Assembly (NCBI GenBank): GCA_024679065.1
Contig: JAGIQG010000040.1
Location: forward strand, 7,192,001-7,256,000
Length of the DNA stretch: 64,000 nucleotides
Origin: Sphyrna mokarran
Lineage: Eukaryota
Direction: 5' to 3'
Below are positions 36,841 to 49,767 of this stretch, one piece after another. A program made the position numbers and the translations under genes. Each line of letters starts with the position of its first letter. Position 1 is the first letter of the stretch. A model generated the notes under the pieces. The model was given only the letters and a program-made list of their open reading frames with translations. It made no database searches and was not told the origin of the DNA.

Positions 36841-39521
36841 CTTTCAGAGTATTGACGTCGTGCCCAGATAGCTTTACAATCCCTTGATAATTAATGAAGT
36901 ATGTATCTTGATGAACAATTTTAAATTGCTCACTACTAAGTTCATCATGTCAAATAGACTTTTAGAACAGGGAAACCTTATGTCAAATCAACCTGGTCAG
37001 AAGCATAAAGCAGTTAATAATTTACAATTGCGAAAAGTGAAGCCCATTTTAAACAAATATTCATAATTTTATTTTAACTGAAGCAAAATAATACATTTGT
37101 CCACGTTTGAATCGTATAACTGTTTTGTTCAAGTTTCAAATTGATTGAATTAAGGTCCTATCAATAATAAGACACAACTGAGAACGATATATAAAATTAT
37201 TAACTAATTTCTCGTAAAAGAGTTAAATTTCATAGATATCGAAATGGGATTTAAAATGGGTACAACATCAATTAAAATAAAATATCACTCTCCAATCCTG
37301 AGGCGTGTTGAAAATTAAAGTTAACACTCGTGAATGGATGGAATATAATAATGTTGAATTAATAAAGAAAGTAATATATTTCTTAATCAGCTGCCCACAA
37401 GTCCATAAAATGTTTCTGCGCATTCAGTTAAATAACATTACAGTTTTGCCTTGGCCATTTCAGTTATTGTATTTAATTCTGACATTATTTTTAGGAAGCT
37501 AAATAAAGCTTATGTATGGGCATAAGCTTCGTGGGCCAAAGTGACTGCTCTTGTGCTGTTCTACCCTTCGACCATTGTTCTTTTGTTATGTTGATGAATA
37601 CACATTATTTGTCTTCCTCAATCTTGCTGCTCACCCAGTACGATAAACGTGAGCCTTAAAAATGCGAAAGCACAAGGGCTTTTACATAAAATGTACTCAT
37701 CTCATTGCATTTTTCAGTTTGGAAAGGAATCTTAAATCAATTTTTATTCTTGGCTCAGGCAGATGGCTGTTTCTGTTCATTACCGGAACCCTGCCTGGCT
37801 AATAATGCAGATTTGGTTCAATGTACTACTCTTGTAATGTACGTAATGCATTCAAATGAAATTAAAGTTGCTTACTGCAGTTGCATTCACAATAATGTGT
37901 AACTCTGAGATAAAATAATTTATCTGAATTTCTGACAAGCTAAAACTCAACAAAAAGAAAGAACAGCAATTTTAATTGTCAAATAGCTCTCTTTTATAAC
38001 TTGTCTATTTTTTAAAATTTTATCCCAGGGCGTTGGCTGCTTTTCTTCATTTTTTTAAAAAGTACATTTATAAGTAAAGCAGCCTGTTTCAAATGAAATT
38101 TCTACTCCTCTCTAAAATTGTTATAGAGATATGTGACAGGAAGTAGTTTTGTATTACTTATTATTGTTCTTTTTTTCTGTCGTGCGCTCACGGAGTGAGA
38201 TTTCGTACATTCCCTGACTGGCAATTAAACTTTTATTTCATTCTCCATTCCACTGGGTTGTTCATTATTTGTCCATTGTTTTCGGAAGCTTGTGTCTAAT
38301 CAACGTGCAAGTTTGACATCGTTTGAAAAGCTGGTATGAAAACAACAGAATGTGAAATGTGAACATAAAGTCTCGATGCAGAAGAAGAGCAGAAATAGAA
38401 ATAATATGTTCAATGTTTCCTTTATCATTGTCGATATTTCTTGATTGTTAAATCTAAATTGAAGTTTTAGATAACAATACAGCCTTGAGGGAGTTGAAAG
38501 GCATTTTCCATTGTTCTATTCGACCCTATGTTGCTTCACAGGGCTGTGCAAAGGGAAATTTAAAATCATGTCTCTTTTTTGTATCTATCTTTGTATTGTC
38601 TGCCCTGATAATCTCAAAGAACGTTAATCTGCAGTAAACCAATAGGGTATGAGTGCTTCGAAATACATACACAATGATGAAGGCTTAATTTCCTCAGACG
38701 AAGTAACAGATCTCTAATAGTATGCATACATTTATCGAAAAACCAAGATTTTGATGATGATAGTTTAATATTTGCAACTCAGATACTTATTGAATCGGAC
38801 TGGTCTAATGCACAGCCCACTTTCAGGACATTTTCAGGATCTGGCAACATGACATAAAATGTTCGGAACACGATTTATTTTACACTTAAAATGGCATAAA
38901 TGCTTTTATACTTAAAATGGATATTGTATTGCCTTATTCACTGCATAGCATACACTGTGCTGGACATATGTTATGTTTGATTATAAATGCAGCTTATCTT
39001 AATTCCTAAAACGTACTATAAATGTCCTAAAAGTATCTATCTATTTTAGATAATTATGTTTCTGTATCAATAGCCTCCTTGTACGTATCTGTATGCATAA
39101 ATTGTAGTGCATCCTTACATTCTTGTATTGCTCTACAGTTTGTTCAGTCTACTGAGAAATATTTCTGTCTCTCTAATGTTCCGATACTAAATTCGATCTC
39201 TTCGTTACGCTTTTCTACTTTGGTCCACTTCTATCAATTCAATTTACTACCTTTTCAGGCATGCTCATGGACATATAACACACCACAATATCAAGTGCTT
39301 CAGGTAGTAACCTGTCCGACTTTCAACAGTGTTGATATTTTGAATGAATGTGTATGCCAAACTTGGAACGTTGAAAAAAAATGAATAATTAAATGGGCAA
39401 TTTAAAATGTAAATATCAATAGTCTAATTTTGGCATTCGCATATGATTAGTATTATCTATCTGAGTGAGCAAGACATTGAATTGCCACAGATAATCAATC
39501 AGCAGAGCAGAGTAATTTAAA

Positions 39522-39799
39522 GTCTGTGTGGAGTTTGCACATTCTCCTCTTGTCTGCATGGGTTTCCTCCGGGTGCTCCGTTTTACTCCCACAGTCCAAA
39601 GATGTGCTGGTTAGGTTGATTGGCCATGCTAAGAAATTGTCCCTTAGTATCCAGGGATGTGTAGGTTAGAGGGATTAGTGGGTATAATATGTAGGGATAT
39701 TGGGGGTAAAGCGAGGGTGGGATTGTGTCCGGTGCAGACTCGATGGGCCGAAGGGCCTCTTTCTGCACGATGGAGTTCTATGATTCTATGATTCTATGA
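39522..39799 (+). mobile_element. HE1-like SINE (5'-truncated)
   Basis: HE1 body and CR1-like tail gatgggccgaagggcc...(gattctat)n. Confidence 0.82.
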
Positions 39800-40519
39800 A
39801 AGTCTCAATGTAGAAAACTTCCTACACTTCAAACCGATTTTCTCTCCCGATTGGATTCAAAGTTTGATTCTTGACATTAGACCACGTAACAGTTTGCAAT
39901 TGAAACCCTTACACTATATTCTGCAGGCCATGTTTTAAAGAACACTCAAATAATTTCTTGCAAGTGCCAATAATTGATTTGCAACAAATAGAATAATTTT
40001 GAATTGTGAAGAGTTCTGCATAGGAATTCGGAATATTATTTTTTTTCCACGTAGGGGAATTTGGAGGTAAATGTGTCAGTTACAAAACAAGAAGCCAAAG
40101 GGTGAAAGGCGAAGGTTTGAATCAATATTTCATCACATTTGATCGGTAGTTCCTGGGATGCAGAAGCAGTGAACGATGCTGTGAATAAAATCCAATGAAG
40201 CTGCATACAGAAATTCTTGTGACCAATAATGCACACCTGTAATTGAATGGAATTGGTGGATGCATAATATAGTTTTATTTATTGGTCAAATAACATTTTC
40301 ACATGAAATGAAAATTCTTGCTTATACTTTCCAAACGCTCTATAATGTAATTTATAGTTAAGACTTGGAGTGGATTTGCTGAGGCGTGTTGCCTGATGAT
40401 TCAACCATACTGTACTGCGTCATTCAAATATAACCGCTCAAACCAACAACTTGAGGTTTTTTTTTGCAGCGCCTTCTGCTGTAGAATGTCTCAAGGAGAT
40501 GCACAGTAGGTTTATCAGA

Positions 40520-41150
40520 GTCATAGAGTGGAGTCATGGAGATATATGGCATGAACCTAGGCCCTTGAGCCTGCATCGTTCATGCTGAACAGAGTTAGAA
40601 CATAGAACAATACAGCACAGAACAGGCCCTTCGGCCTTCGATGTTGTGCCGACCAAAATAAAAAGCAATGCCCCTCCTAACTAAACCATTCCCTTCTCAT
40701 CCATATACTTATCCACTAACCTCTTAAACGCCACCAAACTTGGCGCATCTACAACAGCTGCAGGCAGGGCATTCCACTCCCTAATCACTCTTTGAGTAAA
40801 GATAAAGTTCCTGAGATAAAGTGGCCCCATTAACTTGAGTTTGCTCCATATCTCTCTAAACCTTCCTAGCTATGTACCTGCTAAAATGCCCTTTAAATGT
40901 TATAATTGTATCTGCCTCCAGCAGCATATTCCATATACATACCCACTTTGTGTGAGAAAGTTGCCCCTTAGGTACATTATAAATCTTTCCACTCTCATAT
41001 TAAACCTTCGCCCTTTAGTTTTCGCGACTCCTACCCTGGGATTAAGACCTTGGCTATTCACCTTATCTTTGACCCTCATTATTTCATACACATCTCTGAG
41101 CTCACCCCTCATCCTCCAACTGTCCAGGGGACAAAGCCCCCGCTTATCTT
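40520..41150 (-). mobile_element. Old CR1 fragment with a young CR1 3' end (~40597-40801) nested inside
   Basis: ORF 40900-41112 RGELRDVYEIMR...RGNFLTQ; the inner segment is near-identical to the 8257-8470 tail. Confidence 0.8.
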
Positions 41151-42012
41151 TATAATTACAGCCTCAGAAGATACGATCCTGGGATTATGTGCTGGTCTGT
41201 TCCGAGCAATTGTGGTGGTACTTTCATTGGGATAGTGCATGAAAACCCAGCAGGAAACTCTCAAATCCCAAACCGGTAGCTGTTAAAATATTAATACATT
41301 CTGGAATGGAAAGCTAGTCTTAAGGATGGTGAAAATGAAACCATCACAATTGTCGCAAATTTCATCTGGTTCACTGTTCTGCTCTGAGAAATGAAATCTG
41401 ACATCTTGACAATCTGGATCATATGTGACTACAGACCCAAATCAGAACCTGCCTCTGAAATGGCGGCTTATTTAAAGGATGCATGAATGCATAACAATAC
41501 TGGCCTTGTAGGTGTCATCTATGTCCAGCAAACGAATACTATACTAACACAATTATTTCAATGTTTACCTTTTGTGTCTTAAGACATCAGATGCTAAATG
41601 CTGCTACTTAACATTTTCCAAAGTGTTGCTGATGTAAAGAGAGTGATGGAAAAATAATTTCTGAAAGACATTTGCACAAGTAACCTGGGAGAACCTATAG
41701 TTGAAAGGATATGGGAAAGCATTGACACTAGAATAAAAAGAGGACCAATAGTTGGAGAGGGAACAGGGGACCATTTTTCGAATTTAATTGGCAACAGATG
41801 GATTGAATTCCTTTATTCCGAATTGTGCCTTCACTTGTGTAAACGTTTGGCGTATTGTGAATGTGAGTCCTGTCAGGCGTATCAACTCATAAATAACGAT
41901 CATGATAAGAAGTTTTTTGAATTAAATTTTGCCTATCTTAAAACATCGACATTTTGCGGATTTCATAGCACAAAGAAAAGTGGTAACTTATTGATTTGAC
42001 CTTCATCCCTAG

Positions 42013-42311
42013 CAAAACCGTCTCCATCCTCCCTCTACGCTCTCTTCTCCTCCTGTGAACAGACAGACGCTGCCGGCTATGTGACCTTCGGCTGTTTGGC
42101 GATGGTTAAGTCCCCCGAAATCAGTAACATTCTTTGGAAGAAAGACGAAGAGACAATCACCAATGGAACGAAGACTTCCCATCAGTGGTGAACAAGAATG
42201 GAACTCACATCCTGAGCAGCCAGTTAACCATCACTAAATCAGAGATAAAAAGCAACACCATCTACTGCATGGTTCACCACAGAGGGACGATATGGAAGAA
42301 GGAAATGCCAG
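42013..42311 (+). pseudogene. IGHM: Cmu1 (CH1) exon with a 1-nt frameshift
   Basis: [31 protein letters not shown]...[14 protein letters not shown], then a frame change to [44 protein letters not shown]. In-frame TGA at 42189-42191 as read. AG at 42011-42012, GT at 42312-42313. Confidence 0.9.
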
Positions 42312-42541
42312 GTTCGTGTGGATGATTGGGTGGGGGAGGTGGAAGGGAGAGTGAGGTGGTGGGTGGGGTATAGAATGTGGTCAGAAGATCGGTTTTAGTC
42401 AAATTGTGGATTACATAGATTAGAATGGACTGAGAGCATTATGTGTGGTTCAGATTCTGGCACCGAACTTACAGTTCTGTGATTACTTCTATTCTAAATT
42501 GCATACTTATTACACTGTGTACAGTTCAGGTCTCCACATTG

Positions 42542-45500
42542 AACATAGAACATAGAACATTGCAGCGCAGAATAGGCCCTTCGGCCTTCGATGTTGCGCC
42601 GACCAATTAGGAAAAAGCAATGACCCTCCAAACCAAACCATTCCCTTTTCGTCCATAAACTTATCTACTAACCTCTTAAACGTCACCAAACTTGGCGCAT
42701 CTACAACTGACGCAGGCAAGGCATTCCATATCCTAACCACTCTCTGGGTAAAGAACCTACCTCTGATATCCGTCCTATAACTACCACGCCTTAATTTAAA
42801 GCTACGTCCCCTCGTGCTAGCTTTCTCCATCCTAGGAAAAAGGCTATTACTGTCCACCCTATCTAAACCTTTAATCGTCTTATAGGTTTCAATAAGATCT
42901 CCTCTTAGCCGCCTTCTTTCTAAAGAAAACAACCTCAAATCCCTCAAACTCTCCTCATAACACCTGCCCTCCATACCAGGCAACATCCTGGTAAACCTCC
43001 TCTGTACCCTCTCCAATGCCTCCACATCTTTCTTATAATGCGGGGACCAGAACTGCACACAATACTCCAAGTGCGGCCGCACTAGAGTTTTGTACAGTTG
43101 CAACATGACGTTGCGGCTCCGAAATTCAATCCCCCTACCAATAAAAGCTAAGACTCCATATGCCTTCTTAACAACCTTATCGACTTGATTGCCAACTTTC
43201 AGGGATCTATGCACATATACACCAAGATCCCTCTGTTCATCAACACTATTAAGAGTCCTACCATTAGCCCTATACTCTACACATTTGTTATTCCTGCCAA
43301 AGTGAATTACCTCACACTTTTCCACATTAAACCCCATTTGCCACCTCTCGGCCCAGCTCTGCAACTTGTCCAAGTCTCTCTGCAAACTAGAATGCTCCTC
43401 TTCACTATCTACCACTCCTCCGACTTTGGTGTCATCCGCAATTTTACTAATCCATCCTTCAATACCCTCATCCAGATCATTTATAAAAATTACAAACAGC
43501 AGGGGCCCCAAAACAGATCCCTGAGGTACACCACTTGTAACCGAACCTCACAATGAATTACTTCCATCAACCACCACCCTCTGTCTTCTATTTGCTAGCC
43601 AATTCTTAATCCAATTAGCTAAATCACCCTCAATCCCATACATCTGCTTTTTCTGCAGAAGCCTTCCATGGGCCACCTTATCGAATGCCTTACTAAACTC
43701 CATATATACCACATCAACTGCCTTACCCCCATCCATCTCTTTGGTCACTTTTTCAAAAAACTCAATAAGGTTAATAAGGCACGACCTACCCTTCACAAAA
43801 CCATGCTGACTATCCCCAATCAATTCATTTGTCTCTAAATAACTAAAAATCCTATCCCTAATAATTCTCTCCAATACTTTGCCCACAACAGAAGTAAGAC
43901 TCACCGGCCTATAATGCCCCGGAAAGTCTCTCTTCCCCTTCTTGAACAATGGGACCACATTCGCTATCCTCCAGTCTTCCGGCACTATACCCGTAACCAA
44001 TGATGACCTGAGGATCAGAGCCAGAGGCTCTGCAATCACCTCTCTCGCTTCCCAGAGAATCCTAGTGTAAATCCCGTCCGGCCCAGGGGACCTATCTAAC
44101 TTCAAACTCTCAAGAATATCTAGCACATCCTCCTTATCTACTTCAATACTTTCCAGTTTGCAACCCTGTATCCCAGTGTTCTCCACAACTACATTTACAT
44201 CTCCCTGCGTGAATACCGAAGAGAAATATTTGTTCAGTGCCTCTCCAATCTCTTCAGGCTCCACGCACAACTTCCCACTGCTGTCTCTGACTGGCCCTAA
44301 TCTTGCCCAAACCAATCTTCTATTCTTAACATATCTGAAGAAAGATTTAGGATTCTCCTTGATCCTATCAGCCAAAGTCTTCTCGTGTCCCCTTTTAGCT
44401 CTCCTCAACTCACTCTTTAGCTCCCTCCTGGCTAATCTACAGCTATCCATTGCACTAACTGAGCCTTCAATCCTCATTCTGACATTAGCCTCCATTTTCC
44501 TTTTAGAACATAGAACATAGAACATTACAGCACAGAACAGGCCCTTCGGCCTTCGATGTTGCGCCGACCAATATAAAAAGCAATGCCCCTCCAAACTAAA
44601 CCATTCCCTTCTCTTCCATATACTTATCAACTAACCTCTTAAACGCCACCAAACTTGGCGCATCTACAACTGCTGCAGGCAGGGCATTCCACTCCCTAAC
44701 CACCCTCTGGGTAAAGAACCTACCTCTGATATCCGTCCTATAACTATCACCCCTTAATTTAAAGCTGTGTCCCCTCGTGCTAGCTTTTTCCATCCTAGGA
44801 AAAAGGCTATCACTGTCCACCCTATCTAAACCTCTAATCATCTTATATGTTTCGATCAGGTCCCCTCTTAGCCTCCTCCTTTCTAACGAAAACAACCTCA
44901 AATCCCTCAGCCTCTCCTCATAAGACCTGCGAATTTTAACCAGCGAATTAACTTTTTTAGTACACTATGGTTCCCTTACTCGACCATTTCCTCCTTGCCT
45001 GACAGGGACATACTTATCAAGGACTTGCAGTAGCTGCTCCTTGAATAAGCTCCACATTTCAGATGTTCCCAGTCCCTGTAGTTTCCTAGTCCAACCTATG
45101 CACCCTAATTCCCTCCTTATAGCCTCATAATTACCATTCCCCCAGCTATAACTACTGCCCCCACCTTCATGCCTATCCCTATCCACCACTCAGGTGAACG
45201 TAACCGAAGTGTGGTCTCTATCACCAAAATGTTCACCAACTTCCAAGCCTAACACCTGGTCTGGCTCATTGCCCAGCACCAAATCCAATGTAGCCTCACA
45301 TCTGGTTGTCCTATCTACATACTGAGTCAAAAAATCTTCCTGCACACTTTGTCCAAAAACTGACCCCTCTAACGAGCTAGAGCTATAGCTATTCCAATCA
45401 ATATTAGTAAAGTTAAAGTCCCCCATAACAATTACCCTATTTCTTTCACTCCTGTCCAGGATCGACTTTGCAATCCTTTCCTCTACCTCTCTAGAACTTT

Positions 45501-45598
45501 GAGGAGGTCTATAAAAGACTCCCAACAGGTTGGCCTCTCCTCTCCTGTTTCTAATCTCAGCCCATACTACCTCATCAGACAAGTCCTCATCAAAGTTC
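42542..45598 (-). mobile_element. CR1 LINE (~3 kb) in the CH1-CH2 intron, with a second CR1 3' end nested at ~44505-44929
   Basis: APE and RT ORFs 42510-45582; internal second (TGTTCTA)n tail at 44505-44525; CATTG direct repeat at 42537-42541 and 45599-45603. Confidence 0.95.
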
Positions 45599-46296
45599 CA
45601 TTGTGCGAGGTGTATTGCGTATTGTCATCTTTACATCGCACTTACTACATTATATGTCCTCCTATTCTTCACATTACTTCTGGTGATTATTGTACATTTC
45701 TGATTGATATATTGATCCTAAGGAACTATATGCATTTATGGTCTGTACATCGCGACATAGCGTATTGTCTACAGTTTTGGTCTCCAGATCACACGTAGTG
45801 CACTGTGCGTTGTTGTGATCACCACCCCACTTCTATGATTGCAGCGAAGAGTTCTTTATCACAACTACAACATTCTGTTTGTTGCTCCATGTTAGGGGCA
45901 TGATGCTGGGAATTTGAAAACGAGTAGACCTATTATAGGGGCAGTAGTAATTCACAGTAAATAACGTAGTGCTGTTTTCGATTCATCATAAAAGGCTGAA
46001 GTGTGGCCGAAAATGGTCTTCAGACTTACGAAGTAGATTGCAAGATTCGTCCAAATACAATATTTACTTATTTAACAGAATGGCTTAATAATATGCAATC
46101 CTCAATTCACAATATTCTTCACATAAAAAGCGAACTGAATGTGAAAGTATTTTAGGTGACACTTCACATAAATCATATTTGGTGAGTGTGAGTTAATCCG
46201 TAAGACAAAATGTAAGACATTGTTGTGCCGTTTTACAGTTTTGAATTGTTTGATTTGTAGCAAAATTAATTGTTATAAATGCGTATTTTCTTGAAG

Positions 46297-46608
46297 GGAG
46301 TGAGATTCATCATCCAACTATTCTCCTCACACTGAGTCCTGCAGAAGAAATCGTAAGCAGCAGATTTGCAACCATTGTATGTTCAATCGTTGATTTTCAA
46401 ACAAGTTCAATCAACTTGAAGTGGCTGAAGAATGGTCAAAACTTCAACTCGGGCATCGTTACATCTCCCGCCTTTAAAGTGAACGGAAACTTCTCAGTGA
46501 CCAGTCGACTGACTGTACCTGCTGAAGAATGGCTCAGTGACACGGCCTATACGTGCCAGGTCACTCACAGAGGCTCAACTCAAAGCCAGAACATTACTAG
46601 ACCAAGGG
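46297..46608 (+). CDS. IGHM: Cmu2 (CH2) exon, open
   Basis: [33 protein letters not shown]...WLKNGQ...[29 protein letters not shown]; AG at 46295-46296, GT at 46609-46610. Confidence 0.93.
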
Positions 46609-48118
46609 GTAAGAGATGCAAATCGTGGAAATTTAAAACCACAGGGGTTTCTGTCAGCCAAAAATGCGTGGGATTCCTCCCGGTGCTCCACTCCGCCCCC
46701 GTCCCCCCCCGAATCGGTCCAAAGTTTTGCAGGTTAGGTGGATTGAGTATTTCAAACTGTCCACTGGTTTCCAAAGATCTGTAGGTTATGTGGATTAACT
46801 ATGGTAAATATGCACTTAACAGAAATGGAGCAGGGGTAGGGTCGAGGTAAGATGCTCTTTTCGAAAGTTGGTGTAGACACGATGGGCAGAGCACTCATTC
46901 TCTGCACTCTGGGGATTCTATGGAAATTATTCACTGTCCTAGAATTAGACCTATCTGGCAATCGTGTAGTACATGTCTCTTCAACAATCAAATATAACTT
47001 CACTTTCAATGGCGTATTCACCAGTAACAAATCACCTTAAAACATTTAGAAGCCAAACAATGCCTTCGAACTAGTGAGATGCTTTTTCGGAGAATCGATG
47101 GGCTGAATGGTCTCCTTTCGCATTGTATGGATACTGATATTATGATTGGCTTTGGGAAATAACATAACATTATGGGTTCCCTTTGACGTGGTCCCTTGGG
47201 AAGTTATACATCACACTGACAAAGCAGACATTCTCCAGTCTTAACATTTCAATGTAAGTCGTCGTCTCTCACAAAACAGAACTCACCCATTACCGTATTT
47301 CTGGTATCAGTTCACACTTTTGCGAAGAAATCCAGAGAAGGAATTTAACCCACATTCCTTCTGAATTAGAATTAATCAGTATCCGTGATTCCATTTTCTC
47401 AAAACATAGCATGAACTTCTTGGTCAAATGTTAGTGAATCCGTTAGGAATCGAATGTTTCAGCTTTATCCTAACTTTACCCTAATTTGAAAAACCACATC
47501 GAGAATGGCTTGTGTCTCCAAAACTTCACGGTCCACAACTCCAGTTGTAACAATGAAATGTTACATTGTTTCTGCCTCTGCATTCATTTTGAACAAAGCA
47601 ATGTCAAAGTTGAATAGATTAGATTTATTTGACCTAAAAAAAGATGATCTTATGATTGCAGCCAAGGTGATATTGGCAACAATTTTCTTCACATCAAAAA
47701 AACACTCAACTTTAACTCCTCCCATGAATTGCTGTTCATTAAAGAAAATAGACCGTTAAGCATTTTGGATAACAGCATCCGTCATTGGATTGTTTTTTAT
47801 CTGCTGAAATCATTCCATTAGTCTTCGATTGAGTGGCATCAGGATGATACAGTAAAACAATTTGATCAGTATGTATTCAAAAAGGTTGCAAAGGGCATGC
47901 GATTTTCTTTTTCATTGCCGCTGACTTTCGGTGGAAATATATAAGGAATGTTATTCAATTGTTGAAAGTATCTGTGCTTCAAATACTGGTGACATTAATC
48001 AAATAGGGAGATGTTAACTGTCACAAGTAGACTTTCATTGTGTGAGAGTGAAAGTTGAGTACCAGCTTTTATCATTGTGAAAGTGAATATCAGATTGACT
48101 TCCATTTCTGCTTCCTAG

Positions 48119-48716
48119 GTGATCCCGGGTGGACCGATCCTATAATTACTCTACTGCCACCGCCAATAGAACAGGTCATATTGGAGGCCACAGTGACCTT
48201 AACCTGCATCGTGACTAATGCCCCTTATGGAGTCAACTTATCGTGGATGCAGGAACAGAAGACTTTGAAATCAGAAGTTGCCCTCCAACCTGGAGAGGCC
48301 CCTGACAGCGTGGTCAGCAAGTTAAACATTTCAACACAAGACTGGCTGAGTGGTGCTCATTTCTACTGCGTGGTGAGCCATCAGGATCTTCCGACCCCTT
48401 CAAAGAATTTCATCCACAAGAAACTAGCACGAGGGGACACAGCTTTAAATTAAGGGGTATGAGTTATAGGACGGATATCAGAGGTAGGTTCTTTACTCAA
48501 AGAGTGATTAGGGAGTGGAATGCCCTGCCTGCAGCTGTTGTAGATGCGCCAAGTTTGGTGGCGTTTAAGAGGTTAATTGATAAGTATATGGAAGAGAAGG
48601 GAATGGTTTAGTTTGGAGGGGCATTGCTTTTTATTTTGGTCGGCACAACATCGAAGGCCGAAGGGCCTGTTCTGTGCTGTAATGTTCTATGTTCTATGTT
48701 CTATGTTCTAAACAAG
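48119..48716 (+). pseudogene. IGHM: Cmu3 (CH3) exon split near its 3' end by a CR1 insertion
   Basis: [24 protein letters not shown]...[19 protein letters not shown]...IHKK, then CR1. The original end CAAG|GTGAG lies at 48713-48721. Confidence 0.92.
48424..48709 (+). mobile_element. CR1 LINE 3' end inserted in CH3 coding sequence
   Basis: Matches the reverse complement of the 8257-8540 tail; AAA on both flanks (48421-48423, 48710-48712). Confidence 0.95.
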
Positions 48717-49340
48717 GTGAGCAGTGAGCTGAAGTAATAAAAAAGCCATTGTGTCTATTTTCACCCTAACTGAAAGGATCAACTGTTAACATTATTTGAA
48801 CGTTCTGATTGGTAATTTCACAAAGTAAAACCAATGGGACAGTAAATGATGTATTTATGTGGAAATGCGTAGCGAAACGATTAGGCTTGGAAATGTAGAA
48901 TATTATATTAGTGTTTGATGACGTAAATAGGAGAAGCCGGGTGTGGAGCTTAAACAACAGAATAGAGCAGTTGATCCGAATGGCATTGATGTATGTTGCA
49001 AATTTGATGAAATCTATGAGCGGAATCTTCCATGCGTGTTCAACCAATAGTCGGAAAATTCCACTCAAGATCAACGGACCATTGTGTGGCCCATGTCTCC
49101 TCCCTACCGACTCCCACCTCAATATAGTTCACGTGCCGGACGGCACGAGAGAACTCCACCTATATTCTGACAGCAAAGGGCAGTATTCAACGCTGTTTCA
49201 ATCTGAATACTGACCAAATTCCAAAGTGGAATACTGAAACCCTTAAAAGTTAACACTGAATACTTTTCTCACATTTAACACCATCTTCCCCGTCTCTATA
49301 ATTCACCATTTTAATATCATTTATTTTACACTTTCTGCAG

Positions 49341-49732
49341 CTATAAATCCGCGGGAACCATTCATATCTGTCCTCCTACCCTCGGCAGAAGATGTCTCTC
49401 CTACGAAATCCGTGTCCCTCAGCTGCTTAGTGAGAGGTTTCTCCCCCCGAGAGATCTTCGTCATGTGGACCGTCAACGACAAGCTGGTGAATCCCGGGGA
49501 CTACAGGAACACCGAGGTGATGGCGGAGAACGGCAATAACTCCTTCTTCATGTACAGCCTGTTATCCATTGCAGCAGAGGAATGGTCCAGCGGCGCTTCT
49601 TACTCCTGTGTAGTGGGACATGAAGCCATCCCCTTGAAGATCGTCAACAGAACAGTTGACAAATTCAGTGGTAAACCGTGTTTTGTTAACATTTCTCTTG
49701 CACTCATGGACACGGTTAATTCATGTCAATGA
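49341..49732 (+). CDS. IGHM: Cmu4 (CH4) exon with secretory tailpiece
   Basis: [16 protein letters not shown]...[16 protein letters not shown]...[43 protein letters not shown], with penultimate Cys and NIS sequon. Internal donor G|GTAAA at 49671 for the membrane form. Confidence 0.96.
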
Positions 49733-49761
49733 AAAGGATTTGGGTAGATTTTACGAAGGTT

Positions 49762-49767
49762 AATAAA
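49762..49767 (+). terminator. Polyadenylation signal for the secretory form (second AATAAA at 49806-49811)
   Basis: AATAAA 30 nt after the stop codon. Confidence 0.75.

Noticed and set aside
38943-38949. Isolated CACTGTG heptamers in introns (also ~42513 and ~45801)
   Set aside because: No nonamer at 12 or 23 spacing and no J-like WGxG coding sequence follows.
46616-46623. Perfect octamer ATGCAAAT (others near 398, 23287 and 59737)
   Set aside because: Expected by chance in 64 kb of AT-rich DNA; none is in the VH promoter or clustered with other enhancer motifs I could identify.
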